This document shows, one piece after another, positions 17,022 to 27,100 of a stretch of DNA of 34,774 nt. Source of the DNA: Spirochaetales bacterium (GTDB taxonomy: Bacteria > Spirochaetota > Spirochaetia > JAGLYY01); the NCBI GenBank assembly GCA_023131935.1, contig JAGLYY010000224.1, forward strand, positions 1 through 34,774, written 5' to 3'. Position numbers and translations under genes: made by a program. The first letter of the stretch is position 1. The number at the start of each line of letters is the position of its first letter. The notes beneath the pieces were generated by a model that ran no database searches, was not told where the DNA came from, and was given only the letters and a program-made list of their open reading frames with translations.

Positions 17022-17735
17022 TTAGTCCATTGCCAGAGTAATACAGAAAACCTTCATTACCCCCTGCTCTTTGAGTACTCCGGCACATTCATGCAAAGTT
17101 GAACCGGTAGTAAATACATCATCCACGAGGACAACCTGCTCAGGCAGGTCATTCTTCACTGACAGGCTGGAAAATCGCTTTTTCAGGTGAATCTTTCCTT
17201 TGAGGTTGCTTTTTCTTGCCTCCCGATCCAATCCTTTCTGCATGCCGCCGTTATCCCGGTGTAAAAGGGGAAGTACCTTTCGGTCTGACAGTTCAAGCAG
17301 GGTCATTACCTGGTCCCAGCCCCTTTTTTTATATGATCTCTTTGAGCAGGGTACAGGGATGAGGGGAAGAGCGGGATATTCTCTGTTAAGGGTGGATGAA
17401 AAAAATGGATAAAAAAAGTGAACAAGTCTGGTATACCCCTCCTCCTTATACCTATGTATCATTTCCCGGATTATTCCCGAATAATGAAAGACCGAAAAAT
17501 GACTGTCGAAGGCATAGGAGTGGTTTCTGCAACGTGTACAGATTACTTTTTCACTCATAAGGTCCCTCCCGCAAATGGTGCAGCGGGTCCCTGAAACAAA
17601 AGGCAAGGTATAAGTGCAGCGGTCACAAACACCTCTCCGAATCTGCTCGACTCCGTCGAGGGGAGCCCCGCAGTAAAGACAACCTTCAGGGAAAAGATAT
17701 TCAGAGAGGTATTCCAGAAACCGGGGATGCTTCAC
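17022..17735 (-). CDS. comF: ComF family protein (double Zn ribbon + phosphoribosyltransferase-like domain)
   Basis: CLYC/CDRC/CTIC/CTRC, IPVP, RGWDQ and VVLVDDVFTTGSTLHECA. Confidence 0.9.
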   Translation of the reverse strand: MKHPRFLEYLSEYLFPEGCLYCGAPLDGVEQIRRGVCDRCTYTLPFVSGTRCTICGRDLMSEKVICTRCRNHSYAFDSHFSVFHYSGIIREMIHRYKEEGYTRLVHFFYPFFSSTLNREYPALPLIPVPCSKRSYKKRGWDQVMTLLELSDRKVLPLLHRDNGGMQKGLDREARKSNLKGKIHLKKRFSSLSVKNDLPEQVVLVDDVFTTGSTLHECAGVLKEQGVMKVFCITLAMD

Positions 17736-17774
17736 AAACAGAAATACAATATGATTTTCATTCCTGATTCAGTT

Positions 17775-20345
17775 TCATTGGATTAACTCATCCTGCCACC
17801 GTGCAATTGTATTCAAAGCTTCGAGAGGGGTCATCTCGTTAACATTAAGGGATCGAACTTCCTGGCTGACTATTTCCGATGGGGAAAAGAGGTCCTTCTG
17901 ACCATTTCCCTCCTCAGCAGGTGGAATTTCGGGGTATCCATCCTCTTTTTCCTTTAAATTATTCAGAATCCGGGTGGCACGCCTTACAATTTCTAACGGC
18001 AGTCCGGCGATTTTGGCGGCATGGAGACCATAGGAATTTCCTGCTGGTCCTTCTTTAATCTTTTTCAGGAAGACAATTTCCCCTTCGTTTTCGAGAACTT
18101 CGAGGGAAAGGTTTTTTAATTTCTCATGTTTCAAGAGAGTTAGTTCATGATAGTGGGTAGCAAAAAGGGTTTTACACTGAAGTGTCTCAAGAAGGTGTTC
18201 ACTTACTGCCCAGGCGATTGAGAGACCATCGTTAGTACTGGTGCCCCTTCCTACTTCATCCATAATGACAAGGCTTTTTTTGGTTGCTGACCGGATAATA
18301 TTTGCCGTCTCGTTCATTTCCACGAGGAAGGTCGATTCTCCTCTCGCGAGATTGTCCGATGCCCCAACACGGCAGAAGATATTATCAACGATCCCAATTT
18401 CAGCTTCCCGGGCCGGTATGTAACTGCCGATCTGGGCCATCAGCACAATGAGGGCAACCTGTCGAAGATAGGTGGATTTCCCTGCCATATTCGGGCCGGT
18501 AATAAGGGCAAAAGTTGTTTTTTTGGGATCCAGTTTCAGGCTGTTGGGTACAAAATTCCCTGGCGGAAGATGGTGTTCAACTACTGGGTGCCTTCCCTCC
18601 CGGATATTGAGGGTCTGCTTTTCTGACAATTTCGGCCTGGTATATCCGTGAATTGTTGCCGCGTAGGCGAAAGACCCGAGACAGTCCAGTCTGGCAAGTT
18701 TATCCGCAAGGGAGAGAAGAGAGGAAACCTGTTCTTTTACCTGGTCACGCAGTTTGAGAAAAAGATCCTTCTCCATCTCTAAGGCTTTCTCAGATGCGTT
18801 ATTAAGATCGGACTCAAGGGATGAAAGCCGCTCAGTGGTAAACCGTTCCCCTCCAACTAAAGACTGCCTTCGGATGAAATGTTCCGGCACAAGGTGGAGG
18901 TTTGCCTTTGACACTTCGAGGTAATAACCGATGATTTTGTTGTATTTTGCTTTGAGAGAGGAAATACCGGTCCTCTCCTTTTCCTCTTCGAGATACTCAT
19001 CGAGGGTGGATTTACTGTTTTCCTTTAAGTGCCGTAACCGTTCGAGTTCTTCATTGAAACCCTCTCTTATCAGGCTGCCATCAGACAGAAGGATTGATGG
19101 ATCATCCGCAAGACCTTTCAATAGAAGATCAACTATTTCAGAGATCCACTTCAGTTCCTCCCGGGAAAGAAAATCCCGGTTCCATTCAGTCAGTGAGGAA
19201 TGAACCAGCAGGATTCCCTGAAGACTGTTTCTCACTGCTGCCAAATCTTTGCCATGGGCTTTATCGAGGGCTATCCTTGAAGATAATCGTTCTAAATCCA
19301 GGATCCCTTTCAATGTTTCCCGGAGAGAGGAAAGTAGGATCTGGTTCCGGTAGAGGAAATCCACCTCCTCTAACCGGTTTTCTATCTGTTCCCGATCTGT
19401 GAGCGGCTGAAGAACCCAGGCACGCAATTTTCTGGATCCCATCGAGGTTTTCGTATGATTCAAAATCTCCAGGAGGCTGTATTTACTGCTTCCATCGTGA
19501 AGGTTAGCTGTAATTTCCAGATTGCGCTGGGTTGATTCATCAAGACCAAGGAACTCATGGTCATGGTAACGTTTGATCCCCCTTATGTGCGGAAGCATCC
19601 CCTTCGAAGAATCTTCGAGGTATTCCAGGAGTATTCCCGTTGAATAGAGAGCGGGATCATCTGTTTTGAATCCAAAACCTTTTAGATTTGAGACAGCGAA
19701 TTGCAGAATAAGCCTTTTTTCAGAAGCTTCCAAATCGAAAGACCAATCGGGAAAGCGGTTTATCAGGATCTCCTTTTGTTCGTCAAGGACTCTGTTAACC
19801 TGATCATCCTCTTCCAGGAGAGATTCCTGAATAAGAATTTCCCGGGGGGAAAGGCGGGAAAGTTCTTTCCTGAGCCGTTGCTTCCGTTCTTCCCAGGGAA
19901 AAGCGGTAGCGATGAACTCAGCGGTTGATAGATCTATCGCCGAAAGGGATACCCATTCGCGGTATCTGCCGATGGAGAGAAGAAAGTTATTTTCCCCTTT
20001 GTCCAGATAATTCTCATCAACTACGGTGCCGGGGGTAATTATCTCCACAACCTGCCGTTTCGCGATCCCCTTTCCCCCTTCAGGCAGTGAAATCTGCTCG
20101 CAGATTGCGATTTTTTTTCCCGCTTTCAGGAGCCGGGGGATATAGGTTTGGGCAGCATGATAGGGGATACCGCACATGGGGACCTTGTTCCGGGCTGTAA
20201 GGGTAAGGTTGAGGATTGATGAAGCCTCCCGGGCATCCTGTTGGAACATCTCGTAAAAGTCACCAAGTCGAAAAAACAGAATCGCATCACGATGGTCCTG
20301 TTTAATTCGATGGTATTGCTGCATCATAGGGGTTGTTTCAGCCAT
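17775..20345 (-). CDS. mutS: DNA mismatch repair protein MutS
   Basis: TPMMQQY, FFRLGDFYEMF, GRHPVVE, ITGPNMAGKSTY, GESTFLVEM, DEVGRGTST and FATHYHEL. Confidence 0.99.
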   Translation of the reverse strand: MAETTPMMQQYHRIKQDHRDAILFFRLGDFYEMFQQDAREASSILNLTLTARNKVPMCGIPYHAAQTYIPRLLKAGKKIAICEQISLPEGGKGIAKRQVVEIITPGTVVDENYLDKGENNFLLSIGRYREWVSLSAIDLSTAEFIATAFPWEERKQRLRKELSRLSPREILIQESLLEEDDQVNRVLDEQKEILINRFPDWSFDLEASEKRLILQFAVSNLKGFGFKTDDPALYSTGILLEYLEDSSKGMLPHIRGIKRYHDHEFLGLDESTQRNLEITANLHDGSSKYSLLEILNHTKTSMGSRKLRAWVLQPLTDREQIENRLEEVDFLYRNQILLSSLRETLKGILDLERLSSRIALDKAHGKDLAAVRNSLQGILLVHSSLTEWNRDFLSREELKWISEIVDLLLKGLADDPSILLSDGSLIREGFNEELERLRHLKENSKSTLDEYLEEEKERTGISSLKAKYNKIIGYYLEVSKANLHLVPEHFIRRQSLVGGERFTTERLSSLESDLNNASEKALEMEKDLFLKLRDQVKEQVSSLLSLADKLARLDCLGSFAYAATIHGYTRPKLSEKQTLNIREGRHPVVEHHLPPGNFVPNSLKLDPKKTTFALITGPNMAGKSTYLRQVALIVLMAQIGSYIPAREAEIGIVDNIFCRVGASDNLARGESTFLVEMNETANIIRSATKKSLVIMDEVGRGTSTNDGLSIAWAVSEHLLETLQCKTLFATHYHELTLLKHEKLKNLSLEVLENEGEIVFLKKIKEGPAGNSYGLHAAKIAGLPLEIVRRATRILNNLKEKEDGYPEIPPAEEGNGQKDLFSPSEIVSQEVRSLNVNEMTPLEALNTIARWQDELIQ

Positions 20346-20354
20346 AGCATCTGG

Positions 20355-20383
20355 ATTATATTGTATTGCTGATTGCTCTACAA
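20355..20383 (-). promoter_or_regulatory. Putative sigma70 promoter for mutS (very short leader)
   Basis: TTGTAG-N17-TATAAT, ending 9 nt before the mutS ATG. Confidence 0.55.
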
Positions 20384-20406
20384 TACTCTGCCAAGGCAGG
20401 GGGGTA

Positions 20407-20892
20407 ATGATGACTGAAGAGTCACTTTTTTATAAAGAAAGCGATGATATTATATTTCTCCGCGCCGAAGGACATATAACCGCGTCGCTGTGTTCCGATC
20501 TCAAGAAAACAGTGCTAAACCGGTTCGATGAAACTCCGCCGGTGAAGCATTTTTTTATCGATCTCTCCCATTGTGATTATATGGATTCTACTTTTATGGG
20601 GCTCCTGGTAGGTTTTAACAAAAAGCTTTCAATTACCGCTGCACAAAAGGTGGAAATCGTCAATCCTTCCGAACCCTGTAAAAAACTGTTAAAAGGCCTA
20701 GGGATACAGAAACTGCTTTCTTATATTGATGAGGAAATTGCCATGCCGCTGGATATGGTACAGATTTCAAAAACAGCTAAAGCGACTGCTGAATTTATTC
20801 TCAAGGCCCATGAGGAACTTATTAATCTATCAATCATAAATCGCCGGCGGTTCGCTGCTCTTCAATCCGTGCTGAAAGATCACCGGAAATAA
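20407..20892 (+). CDS. STAS-domain protein (anti-sigma factor antagonist-like)
   Basis: IDLSHCDYMDSTFMGLL matches the SpoIIAA/RsbV D-L-x5-D-S-x-x-x-G motif; LLKGLGIQKLL; short helical C-terminal extension. Confidence 0.85.
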   Translation: MMTEESLFYKESDDIIFLRAEGHITASLCSDLKKTVLNRFDETPPVKHFFIDLSHCDYMDSTFMGLLVGFNKKLSITAAQKVEIVNPSEPCKKLLKGLGIQKLLSYIDEEIAMPLDMVQISKTAKATAEFILKAHEELINLSIINRRRFAALQSVLKDHRK

Positions 20893-20918
20893 CAAATTTC
20901 TTGTCTGAAAAAAAAGAT

Positions 20919-20945
20919 CAGCACCATATTGTTTATATGGTGCTG
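20919..20945. terminator. Terminator hairpin between the convergent STAS gene and skp
   Basis: CAGCACCATA-N7-TATGGTGCTG, with an A8 run just left of it that gives a U-tract on the minus strand (terminating tamB-bamA-skp). Confidence 0.75.
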
Positions 20946-20996
20946 TTACAGCTTGAATTATAAAAATCTAGAAGAGTTAATAACCTTTATGTGTAG

Positions 20997-21524
20997 TTAG
21001 TTTCTACCCGCATCCCTGCGAAGTTTTTCCAGTACCATATCGGTGATATCGACATCATAACTGATCCAGAGGATATCGGGATCCTGTTTTTTAAAAATGA
21101 GTGAAAACCCCTCAGTTTCAGCGACGTATTTAACTGCTTCAATTACCTCCGAGAGGAAAGTCTGGGACGAAAGAAGGTTTTCCTTTTTGTTTTCAATCAG
21201 TCTCGATTTCGTATTGTGATATTGCTGCATGAATGTTATTAGTTTTTCAATCTCATCTTCAAGCTTCAGAACACGGAATTCATCTCCCTGTTCCTGCGCA
21301 AGAAGTTTCTGTTCCTTCAATTGAAGGAGTTCTTCATTCTTTCGGGAGAGAAAATTGTTGTAATCAGTGGTCATCCTCTCAACCTCTCGCAGGGCGGCGG
21401 AATCCTGAAAGTGATTTGAAACGATCCTTGAAATATCAACAACACCGATCTTCGATAATTTATCAGAAAATCCGTAACCGGTTATTACTGATAGCAGAAG
21501 TATTATTCCAAGTGTTTTCTTCAT
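20997..21524 (-). CDS. skp: OmpH/Skp family periplasmic chaperone
   Basis: Signal peptide, KIGVVDISRI, coiled coil, VAETEGFSLIF...DITDMVL; directly downstream of bamA. Confidence 0.88.
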   Translation of the reverse strand: MKKTLGIILLLSVITGYGFSDKLSKIGVVDISRIVSNHFQDSAALREVERMTTDYNNFLSRKNEELLQLKEQKLLAQEQGDEFRVLKLEDEIEKLITFMQQYHNTKSRLIENKKENLLSSQTFLSEVIEAVKYVAETEGFSLIFKKQDPDILWISYDVDITDMVLEKLRRDAGRN

Positions 21525-21544
21525 TTATTTGTATCTCCTTTCTA

Positions 21545-24130
21545 TTAGAACATGCTCGCCGTGAGGGAAATCACGAAATCAAGCCCTGATCCTTCTTCCG
21601 AACTGGCAAACACATTGCCTGTCTGCCACTGAATACTGGACAGATTATTATCGGCAAAAGAGAACCGCTTAACCAGGTAAAACCCTATGGGCAGGCCGGG
21701 TATTGTTAAACGCAATCCACCCCCCATTGAAAAGTAAAAATCATCAAGACTGAAATCGTCAAGGTCATCGGTCTTCGACCACATTCCGGTGCCGCTTATA
21801 AATAAATCGGACCAGAGATACTGCTCGATTACCGGCATTCTTAATTCGATCCAGTTGTCCCAGAGCGCCTCTCCTGTTCCGGTTTCAGCACTGCTCCATC
21901 CACGAGCGGTTGTCATCCCATCGATATAGAGCAAATCATTCTGGTCGGTGTAAATTTCTTCTTTTCCAAACTGGGGCAGAATGATCGAGAACGCGCTGTT
22001 TAGAGCAAGAATAAGTTTGAACCGCGAATCCTCAAATATTTTAAAATCCAGGAGTTTCGCGTACGCTTGAGCTTTCGTAGTGCTTCGGATGTAGTGTTTC
22101 ACTCCTCCGAGGAAACCGCCGACAAAACTGACCTGTTCTCCCAGGTAGGTTCCGCTTGTCGGATTATAGATAATGTCCCTCCGGTCCCATGAAAGGTTGA
22201 GCCAGAGTTTGTTTTCAAACTTCCAGGAATCAATATTTTCCCTGATACTCGGATCAAATGGGCGGTAGAGTGATTCTTCATATTTTTTCCTCGACAGGGA
22301 GGTCCGCAAACCGGTACCGGTGCCGAATCGTCCTAACGGAGTATGGAAGGTATAGCCGGTATTGACCCCGAGACTGACATCGTAGCTTAAGTAATCCATG
22401 AGATAACCGGGATCGATAACATCGCCCTGCAGCCGTGCATACTCCCAGTCGGTAATAGCCACACCATCGGCGATCTGCTGGGCGGTAGCAGGCTCCCCGG
22501 TATCGGGATTGACAAGATGACCGTCATAAGGATCGGGTACCGCGTCACCGTTTGCGTAGTCCTCATCGGAAAAAATCGGAAACAGGATGTCCTGATAAGC
22601 CCCGGAATTTTCTTCCCGCTGAAAGGAAAGATCCACACCACCGGACCACCGCCGCCCGGCGAGCCATTTTTCGGTATACCCGAAGCTCAGACTCTGTTTT
22701 ATTGGAGAGATCTCAGTTCCTACAGACAGTTCCTGCCCATGACCACGGAAATTCTTGTCCACCCATTTTACAAATCCCATAACGGGAAAATCACCGCCGG
22801 CAGCGGAAAAGCTGATTCCGAAATTAATGTCGGTTGTTTTTCCCTCCTCCACGTTAATAACAAGATCCATGAGCCCCTCTTCGGATCCCTCCGGGGTATC
22901 AGGGATAACGGCGCTGAAATACTGCAGGTTGTACAGGTTACGAAGACCCTCAAGAATTTTATCTTTGCTGAAGATGTCACCAACCTGCAGGGGGATCTCC
23001 CGGAGGATTACATAGTCCTCGGTTTTCGTATTTCCCCTCACAATGATGTTTTCAATATGGGCCCTTCCCCGCTCAACGATGGAGATAACGTAAGAGATAG
23101 TTTTATTTTTCTCATCCCTGATCTCCTGCCTGTTAATGACGTTGAAGATGTAACCATCATTGTAGTAGAGATCGGTGATACGTACAAAATCGGCTTCCAG
23201 TTTTGTCCTGTTGATAACATTTTCAACGGACTGGTGAAGCAGCTCCGCGAGGTCCTCGTCTGAAAAGAGGGTATTTCCCTCAAAGGTAGTTCCTCCGTAG
23301 GTATACTGGTTTCCCTCTTCGATGTAATAGGTGATGACAAGAAAATTCCTATCCTCCTCAGCCTCTTCAAACTCCCGGGTGATGTTTACGACCTTAGCGT
23401 CTATGTATCCCCGGTCATGATAGTAACGCTCAATACCGTTCCGGTCCTGTTCCAAATTCTTTTCTTCAAAAAGGCCGCTGGTAAAGAATGATTGTTCCTT
23501 GCTTTTCATTACCCCCTTCAGGGTATTTTCTGAGGCAAAAGAATTGCCGGAGAACTGGATAGTCCGCACCTTTGTCTGTTTTCCTTCACTGATTTCAAAA
23601 GTGAGGATGATGATATTCTCTTCGGCATCCTGTTCTGTTTTGCTTGTTACCTCGATATCCGGGAAACCACGGGACAGGTAAAGTTCGATTATCGCCTGCT
23701 CATCCTGCCGGACTTTTGTTTTCGTTACGACATCGGAACGCTTAAGAAGGATAACCTCGAGTATATCGGTCCTTCGGACAACGCTGTTACCCTCAATCCG
23801 GATATCATCTAGGAGGGGACGCTCGACAACAGTAAAAACGATAATAACAGAATTCTGTTCCTCGTCCCCGGCAACAGCTGTTGGTGTCAGTTGTTCAAAA
23901 TAATCAAGAGCATAGAGTTTGCTTTGAAGATCCCAGAAAAGGGTATCGGAAAAAATCTTCCCGATAAAAGGATTGGTAACACCCTCAATTTCCCGGAATG
24001 AAAAGTGATCGAGTCCCTGAAACTGTATATCAACTATTGGTTTGTCAATGTACCACTCCTGGGCCGTCAGGATTGAGGCCGGCAGAACAACAAGAGATAT
24101 GAGAGTCAGAAAGAATAGCGCCTTTCGCAT
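21545..24130 (-). CDS. bamA: Outer membrane protein assembly factor BamA
   Basis: Signal peptide, POTRA repeats (YLSRGFPD, YHDRGYIDA, GNTKTEDYVILRE, NLYNLQYF), beta-barrel starting near NFRGHGQELS, C-terminal Phe. Confidence 0.95.
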   Translation of the reverse strand: MRKALFFLTLISLVVLPASILTAQEWYIDKPIVDIQFQGLDHFSFREIEGVTNPFIGKIFSDTLFWDLQSKLYALDYFEQLTPTAVAGDEEQNSVIIVFTVVERPLLDDIRIEGNSVVRRTDILEVILLKRSDVVTKTKVRQDEQAIIELYLSRGFPDIEVTSKTEQDAEENIIILTFEISEGKQTKVRTIQFSGNSFASENTLKGVMKSKEQSFFTSGLFEEKNLEQDRNGIERYYHDRGYIDAKVVNITREFEEAEEDRNFLVITYYIEEGNQYTYGGTTFEGNTLFSDEDLAELLHQSVENVINRTKLEADFVRITDLYYNDGYIFNVINRQEIRDEKNKTISYVISIVERGRAHIENIIVRGNTKTEDYVILREIPLQVGDIFSKDKILEGLRNLYNLQYFSAVIPDTPEGSEEGLMDLVINVEEGKTTDINFGISFSAAGGDFPVMGFVKWVDKNFRGHGQELSVGTEISPIKQSLSFGYTEKWLAGRRWSGGVDLSFQREENSGAYQDILFPIFSDEDYANGDAVPDPYDGHLVNPDTGEPATAQQIADGVAITDWEYARLQGDVIDPGYLMDYLSYDVSLGVNTGYTFHTPLGRFGTGTGLRTSLSRKKYEESLYRPFDPSIRENIDSWKFENKLWLNLSWDRRDIIYNPTSGTYLGEQVSFVGGFLGGVKHYIRSTTKAQAYAKLLDFKIFEDSRFKLILALNSAFSIILPQFGKEEIYTDQNDLLYIDGMTTARGWSSAETGTGEALWDNWIELRMPVIEQYLWSDLFISGTGMWSKTDDLDDFSLDDFYFSMGGGLRLTIPGLPIGFYLVKRFSFADNNLSSIQWQTGNVFASSEEGSGLDFVISLTASMF

Positions 24131-24152
24131 AGTTTCTCCTTGAAACTTGAAT

Positions 24153-27100
24153 CTAATATGAGAATTCCCAGGAAAATCCCAGGCTGGTATTGGTTATGCT
24201 GGAAAACAGGTCTGTGAAATCCGGAAGAACCGATAATTCGAGAAGGAATAAAGGGGTCTTCCATTCCAGACTGACTTCCGAATCCACAAGCAGCCCCTCT
24301 CCCAATCCGGATCCGGGCAGCCGGTTTTCAGTACTTATCTGTATTAATGCCTCCAGAAACAGATCTTCTCCGAAGTACTTTCCCAAAAATAGGGTTGTAT
24401 TGTCAAGATATCTCCCTATGGAACTATTTTCCACCCCTTCGCCCCTTTCCGGTTCTAAAACTTTTTCAAGGAGCACATTTGATAACATCTGGGTCCGAAT
24501 AGAAAACAGATCAAGGTGAAGCAGGTCTTTTATCCGCTCTTCAAAAGTTTGGATAACACCAAACTGCCCAACAATATCACTTGTAAGCATGATTGCGGAA
24601 CCCAAACTCAAATCCCCCTCCTGGGAGAGGATGCTTGCTCCGAGGAGGCTTACAATCTCAGAACCTGACATCGGCGGGCTGGATACAAAACGTGGTGAAA
24701 ACCGGCTGAATGGATCCCCATCGACGATCAGAGAAATTTTGATGTCCTCCCCCGAGGTGCTTATTTCCCGAATTTCAGCTCTCGCGGTTAAAACAGGATC
24801 AAACTTCGTCTGGTCCTCATTGAAAGAAATCAATCCCTCCCGGATGTAGAAATTCCGCTTGAAGTAGTAAATCTGCCCGCCGCGAATCGATATATCACCG
24901 GTAAGTGAGAAAGTATAGGAACTGCCGTCATAAATAATGCTGACCTCCTGCCCGGTATCGGCGAAGGACCTCAAGATGGGAAGGGTACGGGAGGGCCAAA
25001 CGAATTCAACATTTTGAGCGGAGGCGATGTTAAGATCTACCATGAGATCCGGAAGATTCTTATCAGGCTTAACCATCACCTCCGCCTGCCTCCCGATCGC
25101 AATACTGGTGTCATGGGCTATTAGATCACCACCAAGTATGGTGCTGAACTGGTCAGCTTTAATCGTAAAATCACCTTTAACCCATCCATAAACTTCAACA
25201 TCTGCGAAGATATATTCAATATATAATCCCTGGTGACCATAGACATGCAGGGCAATATCAACGTCCTTAGGGACCCAGTGATCCAGAGTAAAATAGATAT
25301 CCCCCCGGACCATCCCCTGGTCGATAGGGATATCTACATCCTCCATGAAAAAACGTTTCCCCTGGAACTGGAGGTCGGTTCTGAAGGGTCCAAGGCGGTC
25401 CGGCGAAATATCGGTTTCGGCGTATACATCGGTGGCTTTCACAATGCCCCAGATATCGGGATCATTTATTTGTCCGGTAATTCGCAAATTCCCGGTACCA
25501 TGTCCTTCTTTAATCCGGAAAAACGGTATTTTTATCAGGGTATCCAGAACCATAAAATCAAGATCGATATCATTCACGGCTGCTTCGATATTTGTTCCCT
25601 CTAAACGACCTTCAATTTCACAGGAAAGGGGCAAAGGATCTTTGAGAGTAACAGTGAAGCTTCCCTTTTCGTTCAATGATCCAATAATGGATTCCTGAGG
25701 ACCTCCGTGGAAGCTAAGTTTGCCCTCTTTACCTTTAAAAGTCATATTCCAGGGATCTACAGGGCTGTTATCAACATAGATTTTATTAAGATCAAACACG
25801 CCGTTGAAATCAGGTATCCCCCCGGATTCAAAGATTTCAGGTATAAATTCTCCCCTGGCAGAGAAATTAGCCGCCAATTTCTTTTCATCGAACCGGCCGC
25901 TGAAAAGGCCGGAAAGAAGTAACTCCCCTTTTCGGAAATCGGTTGACAGGGAGGTCGCGGTAAGGGTGCTGGAAAGATACTTGCCATGAATGTTTGAAAG
26001 GTTCAGGACCCCATCCTGGTAGATGGCGGTACCAGAGAGGTTAATTGGATCCTGGATAAGTCTTCCACTGGGAAGATCGAAGTCAGCAGTTATTAACGGT
26101 GATGAAAGGCTCCCCTCAATTATTACCGAACTGGAGACTAAACCGGATAGAGGAAGCTCCCCGAATCTCTTCAAGGGGGAATCGATGATCTCTATTCTCC
26201 CATCCAGCTGGGAACCATTAATATCCATGATCACTGAGTAAGCTTCGTCAGAGGAGGTGCTTTCAAGCTGGATCCAGCCCGAAATATCCCTGTGCCTACT
26301 GCTGATTAGTGTCCGGATTTGTCCATTACCAATCAACTCGGTTAATTCGTTGGCCAGATGAATTTTCTGGATTGTACCGCCATCGGGGGTAAAATTGCCT
26401 GTCAGCACAAGAGTATGGAGGCGTTGCCCTATCGGAAGACCTTTAACTCCGGTATCGCGAAAGGAAACTTCCCATGAAGACGCGTTCTTATAAGAGGCGG
26501 TAATGTCCAGATTTGCCTGCATCTCCCTGAAAGGTATTGGCATATCTTCCGCGAAAAGACGTCCCCTAACTCCACCTTCCCCATCAAAACTCATCTCTCC
26601 GCGAAAATTATATAACCCGGAGAGGAGGATGCCTGTACCCGGATAATACATACCCTGGATGTTGTACGGGATTTCCTGGACCATAAAATCAGTTGAAAAG
26701 GCAAGACTTCCTTTTTCCCCAAATTCGCTGGAGAAATCCCCCTCAGCGGTAAATCCATTCCAGAAAAGGGAGAGGTCCTTAACAGTTATCCCATCTCTTG
26801 TGCCGGAAAAAGCAAGGGTTAGCTGGTTTTCCCGGTTTTCTGTGGATGTTATTTCGATCCGGGGCGAGGCAAAGGAGACCCTTTCAAAATCGGTTGAAAT
26901 GAAAGCCTCCCCGGAAAGCTTTAGACCGGGGACCCTGGACTCTCCGGTAAATATTTCCACAGCATCCGCGACTGGAATATTTTTTGCAGCCACAGATGCC
27001 TGGAGGAAAAGATCCGGTTTCAACTGGAGGAACCCATCGCCCTCGATTAGATTTTCCCCGGGTGAATCAAAGAGCATACCTGAGAAGGAAAAGTCCAGTG

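Noticed and set aside
20378-20395. Possible sigma54 promoter (TTGGCAG...) upstream of mutS
   Set aside because: The -12 GC is missing: GG-N10 is followed by TA.
22517-23263. 248-aa plus-strand ORF, and the similar 193-aa ORF at 26659-27240
   Set aside because: Antisense to bamA and tamB respectively, with no independent coding evidence.
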